In this document: piece by piece, positions 13,501-24,781 of the stretch
Layout: each line of letters opens with the position of its first letter
Position numbering within the stretch: the first letter of the stretch is position 1
Assembly (NCBI GenBank): GCA_040954595.2
Contig: CM082587.2
Span: forward strand, 4,948,206-5,012,205
Direction of reading: 5' to 3'
From: Balanoglossus misakiensis
Lineage: Eukaryota > Animalia > Hemichordata
DNA length: 64,000 nt
Notes under the pieces: generated by a model
The model's input: only the letters and a program-made list of their open reading frames with translations
What the model was told of the DNA's origin: nothing
Database searches by the model: none
Position numbers and translations under genes: made by a program

Positions 13501-16500
13501 CTTTGCCCCCAGTCCATGTATAGCCTTTGTCCCATCATCCAATTTCCCTGTGTGCGGTGGTCACCCATACTGCGAAGCCTCCAAGGAACAAGCGACAGTG
13601 ACCATACCACTGAAATAGGGTGAAAAATATAGGTGTAGCTAAGCGTGCAAACTTGTGAAAAACACATCATGTTGGACACATTCTCAGACGTGATCCACCC
13701 GCATTTACAATTTGAAGTTATGTGAATCAAAGGTCTAGCAGGGATGTGGTATTGTCATCGTGTGTGCTATGATGGAATAAAATAATTCGAGAACGATATA
13801 CTTATAATAACTTACCCTTAAATTACAGGAGAGCCCAGTCTGTGTTATCTCCATGACGGCGACGGCGTTTGCGAGGAGTTTGAACGACATTTCAGCATCA
13901 GAGATTGTGGGTTTTACACGCCGCCGGGTTACTCTGACCAGTGGGCCTCGACTGCACGGGCCAATCCTGCGTACCAGACCGACGAATGTCCAGAGAGCGT
14001 TGTGATTGGTCCGCCCGCCCACACACAGGTGAGATTGACTTGTTGTGGGTCAAGATGACGTCACTGAATGCAAATACTGGGTTAATTAGTATAATATATT
14101 GAATATTCCTGGGATGTTTTAGGCTGCAGGTGTTCCGTTCATGTGAGTAGTGTTCCCTGAAAAACAAAACAAGATCAGGGTTGGGACAAAATTAAACCAG
14201 ACAGGCGGACACAAAGAGATCAAACACACAAATCAATAGGAATATTGCCGTGTGTCTGATAGACAGACATAACGTGTTTTGCTTTTTCCTCCTTCAGAAG
14301 TGTGGATTAGATTTCGACCCAGCCACGTCATGGCATCCGTGTAATCCAGATTTGAATGGTGAAAGTTTCTGGTTACGGGTGAGTAAAGATATAATAGTGA
14401 AAACCCATCAACCGACCATTTCATTTCATGTCCCACCTTCCTTGGAGACACCTCAAAAATGATGTAGTGTATTTCGCCATGTACTTTACAACTTTCTTCT
14501 GACACACAGGTTGGTTTCCAAACCCCAGTCATCGCCACAACCATCATTGTTTACCTGGCATCCGACGGCATTGATGAGTTGAAGTTCAGCCCCGAGGCCA
14601 AGTCCATATCCGTGGAACTGATAGACACCGCCGGCGAGAGTCACCCACTCGGCGACAGGGAGATCTTCGTCTTCTGCAAGGACAACCCCATCCACATCAA
14701 CGTCCTGCACGACCTCAGCAAGCCGTTCTACAAGACGGAGGCCGCCCTCATCAAGTTCCGATCCTCGCACGTCACCATCTCCGCCGTGGTGCTGCGCTCG
14801 CACGACGGACTCGACCCGGCGACGATCAGCCAGTGCGCCAACCACGAAGTGTACAACCCGCACACGAGGCAGTGCTCGGCGTACCAGTGCAAGAAGCCGG
14901 CCTGCGACAAGCTGAACATCAAACACGCTGACCTGGAGTGCTCTCGGGAGAAAGACTTCGAAGAAGGGGACGTCTGCAGGGTGCACTGTGATTTCGGCTA
15001 TGTGCCATCATCTACACAAGAGGTAAAAAAAAACAGATTTCATTTAAATTCACGATCTCAGCACATATCATTTCTGCCTTGGGCAATATCAATAACGTTG
15101 TTGAAAATGGTCAATGTAAAATAATTTCCATACATGTTAAATTTACTTGCTGCAGGTGATGTGCGTAGATGGAGAGTGGGAAGGATCTGCGTCCCTGGGT
15201 TGTCTACCGATCGACTGCAAGATGCCGGTCATTACCAATGCTGATGTCGTTTGTTCAGATGGTACAACTTATGGGAAGGAGTGTACGTTCAAGTGTACTC
15301 CGCCAGCCAAGCTACAGGGTATGTAAGGCCACTATGTCAATTGGTATTTTGAGGAGTGACGTTCCCGTCTTACAAGTACCGCACGACAGGCCAAAGACGA
15401 CCAAATCATTAATACCTGATCACGATATTCCATCAACACGCATCGGAAACGTACTTAACACATCCGCATGTCTGTTAACATAATTTTCCTACAGGCACCG
15501 ACAACAAGTTGGTGTGCGAGGCGGACGGACTGTACAGCCTGCCAGAAGCCTTCTGCCAACTGGTGTGCGACACGCCAGACCTGCCTCCAAACTCGGCGCT
15601 GGTCACCCAGAAATGCCAGGAAGGAGGTCTGAATGTTGGAGAGTCCTGCAAGTTCCGCTGTAAGCTGGGATACCACGTGAAGGGAATGGCAAAACGAAAG
15701 TAAGAACTATGTCCTGCAATTGCAACATGCGCATGGACAAAGCTGGTCATGTGAGATCACCCCTTTAATTGGTACTAATTTTTGACGAAGTGACATTTTA
15801 CCATCTTCGCCATTGAAATGTCTGCACCGCTCTTTGTCACTACAGGAGAACGTTTCGTCTGGACTGTGGAGAAGACGCCGAGTGGAAAGGCGACACTTGT
15901 GAACGTGTCACGTGTGACCCGCCGTCGGCCCTTTACAACGGCATGTACAACTGCTCCGACGGCTTCTACTTTGGAAGTGAATGCAAACTGAAATGTCCCG
16001 GTGAAACTGGTGAGATTGACAAGGTGAGAAAATCAGCCCTTCATGCATCTGTCTGTGTGACGTTTTTGTTTCAGCAGTATTTCAACAATATTGTATGTTG
16101 TGACGTTTTCTGAAAATACTGTTATGGTGTACTTGTTTATCCTAAACAGTATTGCATGTTGTGATGTTTTTTTTCCTGAAAATATTGTTATGGTGCTTTT
16201 TGTTTTGGCAGTCTTCCAACAGTATTGTGTGCGGCCGCGATGGCACTTGGGAAGGTTCGTTCAAAGGATGCAAGTTACTTCAAGGGGAGTGTTCTCCGCC
16301 ATCGAGCAAAGTTGTCGAATTCAAATGTAAAGGTAACTCTATAGGTAAGTTAAACAGTCTGGCGACTGAATCAACCGTAATTAAATTAAACTTCCCCAAA
16401 AATGCTACTGGTTTTGACTTTATAAAGTATGCAGAGTTTTAAGGGCGAAGTCTGCATATGAGAACCCGATATATTGGCCTAAGTTTGAGATAATTTTACC

Positions 16501-17152
16501 AAAATGTATGCTTCCCTTGATGACAGGTGATAAATGCACAGTGAGTTGCAAGACTGGGGGTGATCGGCCTGCTCTAGTGGACGCCCACGCTGAGAATGGT
16601 GTCATCGAAACCGAAGAAGTCATCTGCACTGCACAGAAACGCTGGCATCCAGAACCCGCGGCGTTTGTGTGCATGGAACCGTGTAGCAGGGTACGTTGCA
16701 GTCAGTAGACGTGTAGATTAGGTCTTGGAGATTTGTATACTGAGCTCCGTCTGTTGGCCTTTATCATTGTAAATTGCACAGGGATATAGGCCTAAAAAGT
16801 GGCCACTATATAGAGGTCCCCATTGTACAGAGGTGACCACTATATAGGTGACCACTGTATACAGGTGACCACTTTATAGAGGTGACCACTAACGCAAGTT
16901 TGACGGTAGATCTCATTGCCGCATCTGCTTTATTCACAGCACTTCATCGGAGATGGCTTCTGCGACGGCGTCAACAACCGCGCCTACTGCGACTGGGACG
17001 GCGGCGACTGCTGCGCGTCCACCGCCGGCAAAGAAGTGCAGCCGTTCCCGGAGGACTGCACCACGGAGTGCGTGTGCCTGGACCCGAACGCCGCGGAGAA
17101 CAGAGACGACAGAACGGCGGCCAAGAAACGGGAGAATTTGACGCAGGATTGA
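4572..17152 (+). CDS. PAPPA: Pappalysin (PAPP-A family metzincin M43B), about 17 coding exons
   Basis: Signal peptide and furin-like basic sites (RRERR, RYPR) in exon 4572-4965. LamG-like domain (FTIEAWLKPEGGQ...WVHVAASYDG). LNR1/2 (CDPQCRHAQTGFDGGDC). Zn motif HEFGHVLGLWH at 11340-11372 with Met-turn NFMSY. CCP/sushi repeats at about 14900-16690. Terminal LNR3 (GDGFCDGVNNRAYCDWDGGDCC) before TGA at 17150-17152. Exons join in phase through GT-AG introns. Whether it is PAPPA or PAPPA2 cannot be decided; it is probably a pro-ortholog of both. Confidence 0.96.
11137..11225 (+). repeat. Compound TG/TGTA microsatellite in a PAPP-A intron
   Basis: tctgtctgtctgtgtgcgtgtgtgtatgtatgtatg... low-complexity run. 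Confidence 0.8.
16798..16909. repeat. Short tandem AGGTGACCACTATAT-like repeats; probable truncated Tc1/mariner MITE end in the last PAPP-A intron
   Basis: About six imperfect copies of (G/C)AGGTGACCACT(A/G/T)TATA end in CAAGTTTGACGGTA, which resembles a degenerate ...GTTTGACTG-TA terminus. No matching left end was seen. Confidence 0.5.
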
Positions 17153-19402
17153 TGAGGCTCCGGAAACTGTCTGTTTCCGTGGTCCTGTTGCCGAACTGAG
17201 TAGAATTATTTTGTCATTTAGTGGATGTACTGTCTTTTATCTGCAACCCGATTTCAGAGGTTTGGACCAGAGATTTTTCTCGTGTGTAGGAGTGGTATAC
17301 TACTGTTTGAAGGCTGGATAAATCTCCGACATCACTGAGAGCTTGTCGTTCAACTCCTGTCGTAAAGGGCGTACCCCAACGCACGGGATATTGAACTAGT
17401 GAACAGTATTGGTAACTTTGCGTGCGAAATATGTCTTGGCAACTTTCAAGACAACATCAAGTAAATTCCTGTGTCGACCAGAAATGTAAAGATATTCCAA
17501 AAGACAACTCTTAAATATTATCCCGTTGCCTTACCAGAGTCTTACATAATCTGCTTGATTAAAACGTGAAATGGACCATCCTCATAAGAAATCAACTTAA
17601 AAATATAAAGTAGTAGTTTTAGTTCAAACGCAGTAATATTTATATATATATTATATATTTGTGAAGATGTAATATTTGTTGACTAAACCATTACTTTGAA
17701 TTTGATACATGTGTTGTCAATTTTCAGACAATTATTGTTCTATAAGTTCTTTACCACTGGAGCAAGTCGTAAAAACTGCTCTGTTTGAGACAGATTTTGC
17801 TGGAGTCCATAGATAAGACGAGAAAGCAATTTGCAATGCAACGATGACTCTGATTTGATTGTCAAAGAACACCAATTCTGGTTCTTTTTAGAAGTTGTAC
17901 TGAGTATGTGTGTATATTTTTATTTTACTAAAAGTGCATGCATAGTTCAATATGTGATAGAATGTTCAAGAGAGCAATTTTCAATGCAACTGGTATTTCT
18001 TGACAATGTAGTTCCCACTCACTGGAATCATGAACACCAAGAATGTACATATATTTCAAAGTTTGTATGAGCGAAACTTATTGCTCCAACCAGAAAGCAA
18101 TCTGCAATGCAACAGGTGTTCTCATCTGAGGTCAAAGGTCACACGTGTAATTCAACTATACTGGTATACGTTAACCTATGCAGTTTGTACCTGACGAAAA
18201 AACTTAGTGACCTTTGATTTTGTGAATCTTTCTGAGCGAAACCTCATATTTGCCAAAGTTAAAAAAAATGGTGAAATTTTTAGAAACTTCGGATAGATAT
18301 TGTCCATGAGACTAAATAGCTGAAAGGGTGCTTTTGTTTGTTAAAGTTGGTGAAATTTACAAAACTTTCATCCAACCTGCTAAATTTGAGCCTACATTTG
18401 TTTTCATCAAAAAAGGCTATATGATTAAAAATAATTACCATCCCAAATGTAACCTTCGATTTGAATTATTTATTGAACTGAAAAAATTGATTCAATCAGA
18501 AGAAAAAAACTTACACTTAACTAGACTCACAAAACAGTTAAACTGTCAGGATACGAGTACATATTGCGCGAAACTCAGATAAATACCTCATGGTGTATAA
18601 TTTTAAAGTCTCTCCCAGGACTGTGCTGAAAATTAGAGAGACCAATGCAACAGCTTCAAAGATCAAAATGTAAATTTAGTCTCATGGATAAGGCATGATG
18701 GATCAATATTTTCTTGTTTGAATGTTGGAAAAAAAACTGAAATACTTCCCTTGAATAGTACAAAGTGTGTGTAACTCATCTTATCATAATAAACTTGTAG
18801 TCTTTTGTCAGCATATTACTCATTATATATACTTATAAAATGTAAGAAATAAATATATGTATTCAAACTGTTCCTGTGTATATTATAATCTTTTTTTAGG
18901 GAGTCAGTTTATGCATTTTGTGTGAAGCTTAGCATGCTTAGCCTTGGTACAAGAGACCTCCTGGTGAGCGCCCTCTTGAGGCAGACTTTTGACTTTGAAA
19001 AGATATTTACACTGCCTACTTAGCAGAAGAGTTAGTATGAAAAAACACACTTCAAAAAATAATTCAACATATGATTAGTCAAGAATAACAGATTGTGTAA
19101 GACTTATTAATTTAAAGATATTCTTTCTGCACAAACTGCTGGGCGTATGAAAAGCATAACTTGGTAACAGTCTTCTAATTAATACTATTAACGGTAAATT
19201 GCAACCCACATTTCTCCTCAATCAAGACTTCCAGCAAACCGAATACTGCTTGTAAATGTTTCAACACTGTGGCGACTAAAGGTAGGCAACTAATTATGCT
19301 TTGCCAGTACAGACATGTAGTTGTCTAACAAACCAAGTACATGTACTGAGAAAAATGATGGCTAATATATTGTTGAAAATAAATCTGCATGTCTGCGCTA
19401 TT

Positions 19403-20852
19403 TTATATCTGGGGATTTGGATTGTACTCTGTGTTCACTATGGCTACTGAGTTGGCGATTCTGCTGAAGAGTGCGGATATCTTGTTGACGTCTAAATCCT
19501 GGTGACCTCCCCACTTTGACGCCAGGAACTTCTGAACCTCGCCCTCCTGTTCCTGGGCGTCCAGATCCTCGCTGAGGTGATGCGGCAGGTTGACGGTGAA
19601 GATGACGACAGCGTCTTTGTAGGGCGCGTTCTCGTGATCGCAATATTTGTAGAAGATCAGAATGGCCGGCGGTGGCAGCTCCTCCAGCCTGTGAATGACC
19701 GCCGCTCTGCTGCCGCTCTCAAATCCGTCCGCCAGCAAGTTGTCGATTTTGAGTTTCGCCTCGTCCGGGTCCGTTGACTTGTAGTCGGTGCTGTTGATGA
19801 CGACCGGGTCTTTCGCTGCCGGATATGTTCGACTCAGCTGCAGGGCCAGGTCACGACCTTGGTTGTGTCGTCCCGGCGGGTTCACGATCATGATCACCGC
19901 CGGCTGAGATGGAAGCGGGTTTTGCACCACGGCGAGTATTGAGGAGCCGCTGACGACCCAAAACCGGTGACTCAGGCCGGGAAACGACTTCTTCAGCTGG
20001 CTGAAGTTGTTCATGAAGTTTTTCGTCAGTTCAGAGGCTTCCGCGGCAGTTTTCCCCTGCTTCGTGGGGCCTCCGGTGACGTTTGGCACAATTACTATAG
20101 CCACTATCAAAAGAAGGGCTAATGCACAGGATGCACACAAAAACCCAAAGTATCCGTGTCCATGGCTAGGAGCCGAGATGGAACCTCGCTTCTTTGATTT
20201 TCGTTCTGACTTGGGGCTCTTTCTTGGCGTTTTTCTCTTATAACATTCTCTCTCTCCGAGAATGTTTGCTTTCTTCTGTGAGCTTCTGGACATCATTTCC
20301 TGATCAACTGTCTCTTCTTGGTGTGTGATCTTCACGTTTCTTATTGTAACCCGGCTATCAGTCTCATGGGCATTGTCAAAACTGAAACTTGAGTCCCCTG
20401 ACAACTTTTGAGGGCTGACATGCTCCACGTCTACATCACTGTTCACCGATGCATTCGACTCAGCTGAAAAGTGTCTCCATTTGTTTGTGGTATCTTCTGG
20501 AATGAAAAATTCATTGTGTATTGGTAGTTTGAAAATGATGGCGGTATGTAACTTCAGGCTGCTTCGAGGATAGGAGGAATGGATTATGTAAATCATGCTG
20601 GATGTTGACATACAAAGTATGTATTTTGTCTTGCCACTATCTAAGGCACACAGCCCTGCCACGCAAAGCCACAATCATGCGGCAGAGGAGACAACATCTA
20701 GTAGCTATCAAAAACAAATCCTTCATCGTTGACAACGTATCTGAGTTATTAAACTCACCATCCCTAGGTGATGTTCTTGGAGAGACTTCCTCAAACTTAT
20801 AATCATTTTGTCTACTTGACAGACGCGGACTAGTCCTGGTGGTTCGACTCAT
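19403..20852 (-). CDS. TOR1AIP1: Torsin-1A-interacting protein (LAP1/LULL1-like torsin activator); join(20852..20759,20496..19403), about 395 aa
   Basis: Basic Ser-rich N-terminus, one TM helix (FLCASCALALLLIVAIVIV), then a luminal LAP1-like domain with AAVIHRLEELPP, FYKYCDHENAPYKD and LFSRIANSV (arginine finger codon at 19460-19462). The phase-1 intron 20758-20497 has GT/AG ends. Confidence 0.9.
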
Positions 20853-21171
20853 CTTCACTGATTTCCGTGTTGCACTATATCATATGTCCATTGCACTTCA
20901 GTCTGGCGTTGGTTTGTTCACGATATGTTAACTCCAACAGCACTACGTCTTATTCTGCAAATCCCTTCAGCCCTGGTGTGATACAGCCTTGAGACAACAG
21001 CTTAAATCGTGTAAATTCGGAAGCTTAAAACGAAAATGGGCGCAGTTCACTGATAGCGGATGTGCAAGACTGATTAAACCCCTGTCAAAGATTGACAGAT
21101 GTACTATCGTGAACGCCCGCTAGCGACACGAATGGGAGAAGAAATCAGGTGATGTTTCCGAAGTTCGAAAG
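20853..21171. promoter_or_regulatory. Compact bidirectional promoter region between the LAP1-like gene and HSD17B7
   Basis: Divergent start codons lie only about 320 bp apart (20852 minus, 21172 plus). Confidence 0.6.
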
Positions 21172-23761
21172 ATGTCCACTACCAACCCGTGTACGGACCC
21201 GAAAGTCGCCGTTATTACCGGTGGAAATGCGTAAGTACTGTTTAATTTGGTCGTGCACCTGAAGGAGATGACTGAGTATATCTGTGCAAAGCCGATCTTC
21301 TTAACACCTTCAAATAAACTGAATTTAAGGTCGATGAACTGCACCGTGCAAGTTCGTCGTGATCGAGCCTGCACGGCTAGATGTAATCGCCGGCCCATGT
21401 TTCAAGCGATGCATTACAGCACAGGGCAGACACTTGAATTACTGCTGAGATATTAGAATGATGTTAGCAACAACACCCTTTCTTTGCATCACTCGATCTT
21501 TCGCAACAGTGAAATACCGTAGTGGAAAGGGATGACCCATATACTTCGGGGGGAGGGGTCACTCTAGTGGAAAAGGGATGACCAATATACTTCGGGAGGG
21601 GAACTACCTGGCAGAAAAAAAAACTCACAATTAAGACAGATCTAAGAAAATTTACGTTTCTTAGTGTTATTTGCATTACAGTGGTATAGGGCTGGCTTTG
21701 GCAGAGAGATTGTTGACTGCAGATCCCAGTGTACGGATCTGTCTTGCCTGTCGCAATGTGATGAAAGCGGAGGCAGCCCAGAAGGCGTTGCGGATCTCTC
21801 ACCCAGGTGCTACTGTGGATACGTTGAAAATTGATGTCAGCGATTTACAGTCTGTTTATAATGCTGCAGATGAGCTAAAACAAAGGTAAATAGTTCATTT
21901 GTTGTTTTACTGTATGTGGAATGAATCCACTGCAAATTGGATTTAATACCCCCTTGACAAAATAATGCTCATGTGGTACCTCAAAAAAAACACTTTTGCT
22001 GATCGTGTTTTTAATCACTGGCCATCTGTATTTCAGGTATAGGCATATTGAGTATCTCTACTTCAATGCAGGAATAATGCCAAACCCATCCGTCAATTGG
22101 AAGTTGTTCTTCAAAGGTCTGTTTTCCACGTAAGTATACAACCTGGTTTTCTCCTCTGTGACGGTTGCAAGCATGGTAATGAACTGTTAGACCAAAAATG
22201 GATAGTGTATCTCACAGTACATGTATGTACAATAGTACAGTGAGCAATGTGTGTTATATTCTTTGCTGTGCTAATGACTGTCTTCTCACTTCCCAACACG
22301 TGAATATCTAGGAATGTACTTCACATGTTTGCCACCGGCGAAGGTCTCCTGATGCAAGAGGACAGCACGACCAGTGACGGACTCAAGGCTGTCTTCACGA
22401 CCAATCTGTTTGGTCACTTCACACTGGTGAGCACATCAATGTATTAATGTCATTCAGAGCTTGTCTAGTCTGGAGAAGCAAGAAGCAATACTATCTCCAT
22501 CTAAGATTCATCTGTTCAGCCTCCAGACTGTTAATCACGAGAACAATTGTAATGGCCACCCAGAAAAGCTGTTAAAATTTCTGTAATTTCTCTGCAGTTG
22601 AAGGAACTAGAGGACATGCTCAGCAAACAATCCCGTCCTGCCACCGTGGTGTGGACGTCTTCCAGCAACGCCAAGAAAGAAACATTCAGCTTGGATGACA
22701 TACAACACGAAAATGGGTAAGGGTTGGTCAGTCCACTAACGGCAGTGGTGTGCATGTAACATTGAGTGCTAGTAGGAGTATATAGACCATTGCTACAGTG
22801 TCTGTGTTGTTTTATTTTCCAGTAGTATAATGCATGACCTTTGCCTATTTCATCCATCTTCCAGGTATGAACCGTATGCAGCATCCAAGTACGCCGTGGA
22901 CGCCCTGAGCATTGCACTGAACAGTCAACTCAACTCCAAGGGCATCTACAGTCACGTGACCAATCCAGGTTTAGTCATGACGAATATGACTAGCAATATA
23001 ATGCCAAGCTGGTTTTGGTCTCTATTTATACCAGCTTTAATATTGGTGAGATTTTTTGATAATTTTCTCTGGCAACTGAGAGATGGGTGAATTCAGAAAC
23101 ATGTGACCTCCGTGTACCTGTGAATTTGGTGACTTGACTGATAAGGTGTGGTCTTTTTCTCCCCCAGTTTCGTATTGTCTCACCTTCCATGACACTGAGT
23201 CCTTACAATGGTGCAGAGTGTTTAGTAAGTATAAAGATTTGTATTTTGTGTGAGAGAGTAACTGAGAGAGAGAGAGAATATTGCATGAAGAATTCAATGC
23301 ATATTGTTTTTGACCAAAGACACAAAATGAGTGTCCATCCATTGCACTGCCATCAATCCCTTGTTGTAGGCTTAATCTATTTTCTTTCGTTCCAGTTCTG
23401 GTTCTTCAACAAGGACCCCAAAGAGATAGAGACAGACAAGAAATACCACAGCAGTACTTCAGTCTTTGGAAATAGATATGTCAAACAGGAGCAGGTAAGA
23501 GGATAAAATTGGGGTTTCTTGTGCCTGCCAGATTGTGCTATGGATGATAATGGAGTTGACTTTGGTGGAAACAAGCAGTCCTTTACTGAGGACTTCAGTG
23601 TATTTCTGTCTTATGTTTGAGCAGCACTGTTCTGTGGTTCAAATGCTGTTTAAATGTTTATGCATTTCCAGCTCAGCTTTGAAGATGACTTGCCTATGCA
23701 GCTTTACAAGAAACTGGTTGCAATGGAGCAGGCCTACAGGAGGAAATACAAGCAGGACTAG
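21172..23761 (+). CDS. HSD17B7: 3-keto-steroid reductase / 17-beta-hydroxysteroid dehydrogenase 7 (SDR family), about 9 exons
   Basis: [16 protein letters not shown] Rossmann motif split by intron 1; ICLACRN; YFNAGIMP; [10 protein letters not shown]; VVWTSSSNA; catalytic YxxxK in EPYAASKY; PGLVMTNMT; stop TAG at 23759-23761. Confidence 0.93.
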
Positions 23762-24781
23762 CAACGAATCCTGGTGGCAAAACAGTGCAGGGACATGTCT
23801 TGCAGTGGCAGATTGTGGTGTCTTATGATTTCAAAGCGAAAAACGAAAGGGCGAGTCAAGGACTGATACGAAATTGATTTGGCGTGTTTTTTTTCTGTGA
23901 GTGCAAAAACAATGCAAAGACAATGTCTCCAAAATCCATATAAAAATTGCTGCAAATCTGTGGTACTTGATCCAACTTTGTAACTACCGGTAATAATTCC
24001 GAAGGATTGACATATTTGAGTTGGATGATATCCACATGGAAGAAATGAACATTTCTATGTTGACCGATCAAAACCTCACGATTCTGATTAATTCAGCAGA
24101 TTTTATATGTACTGCCTCATAATTTACAGTGAATTCAACACAATGATGTACCTCGATTTTTTTTCAATAATGTTCATGTATATTCGATTTTTGCTGCATA
24201 TCATGAATCATACCTTAAGCCGTGTTTCTCAGGATACAAAGTGTGGAACTGAAATTTAAATACTAGTGTAGATTTTTATCAGTAGTGTTACTTTCATGGC
24301 AGCTGGCAAGCAGATCTATCCTAGCAATTGATTGGTGCAATATTTGAGATGATTTTTTGATAAGACGAAATAAATGGTTTTGATCTAGAGCTTGGTCTGA
24401 AGAGTTTTATTCAGTGTCACTCACAAGCAACTATCAAGATATACACACTGACGTGACTGACACAGATAAATGATATGGGTACTGCAACACACGGGCCATA
24501 ACTGGAGAACTTTTACTGAAATTGCAACCAATAATATTTCATTTTTACAGCGCAATTTCTCAGATTCAAAAATTAAATAAATATATCTTTCAATTTCTGT
24601 TCTGTTGGGAATATGGGATACAAAATCATAATTTAACAGGGAAAATACTGATAATGGAAGCACAGTCTCATGATTGCATTGTACTCTGATTGTGAGGTTC
24701 AAGAACCCTGGCAGTAAACCTTGCAGGAACATGAAGTTTCATTTCCCGACATCAAGAAGATTCAACATTGTAAATACTTAA

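Noticed and set aside
16798-16890. Short repeats with variable gaps, superficially CRISPR-like
   Set aside because: The units are about 15-19 bp without unique spacers, the context is a eukaryotic intron, and there are no cas genes.
21520-21601. About 40-bp tandem duplication in HSD17B7 intron 1
   Set aside because: Simple local duplication with no sign of function.
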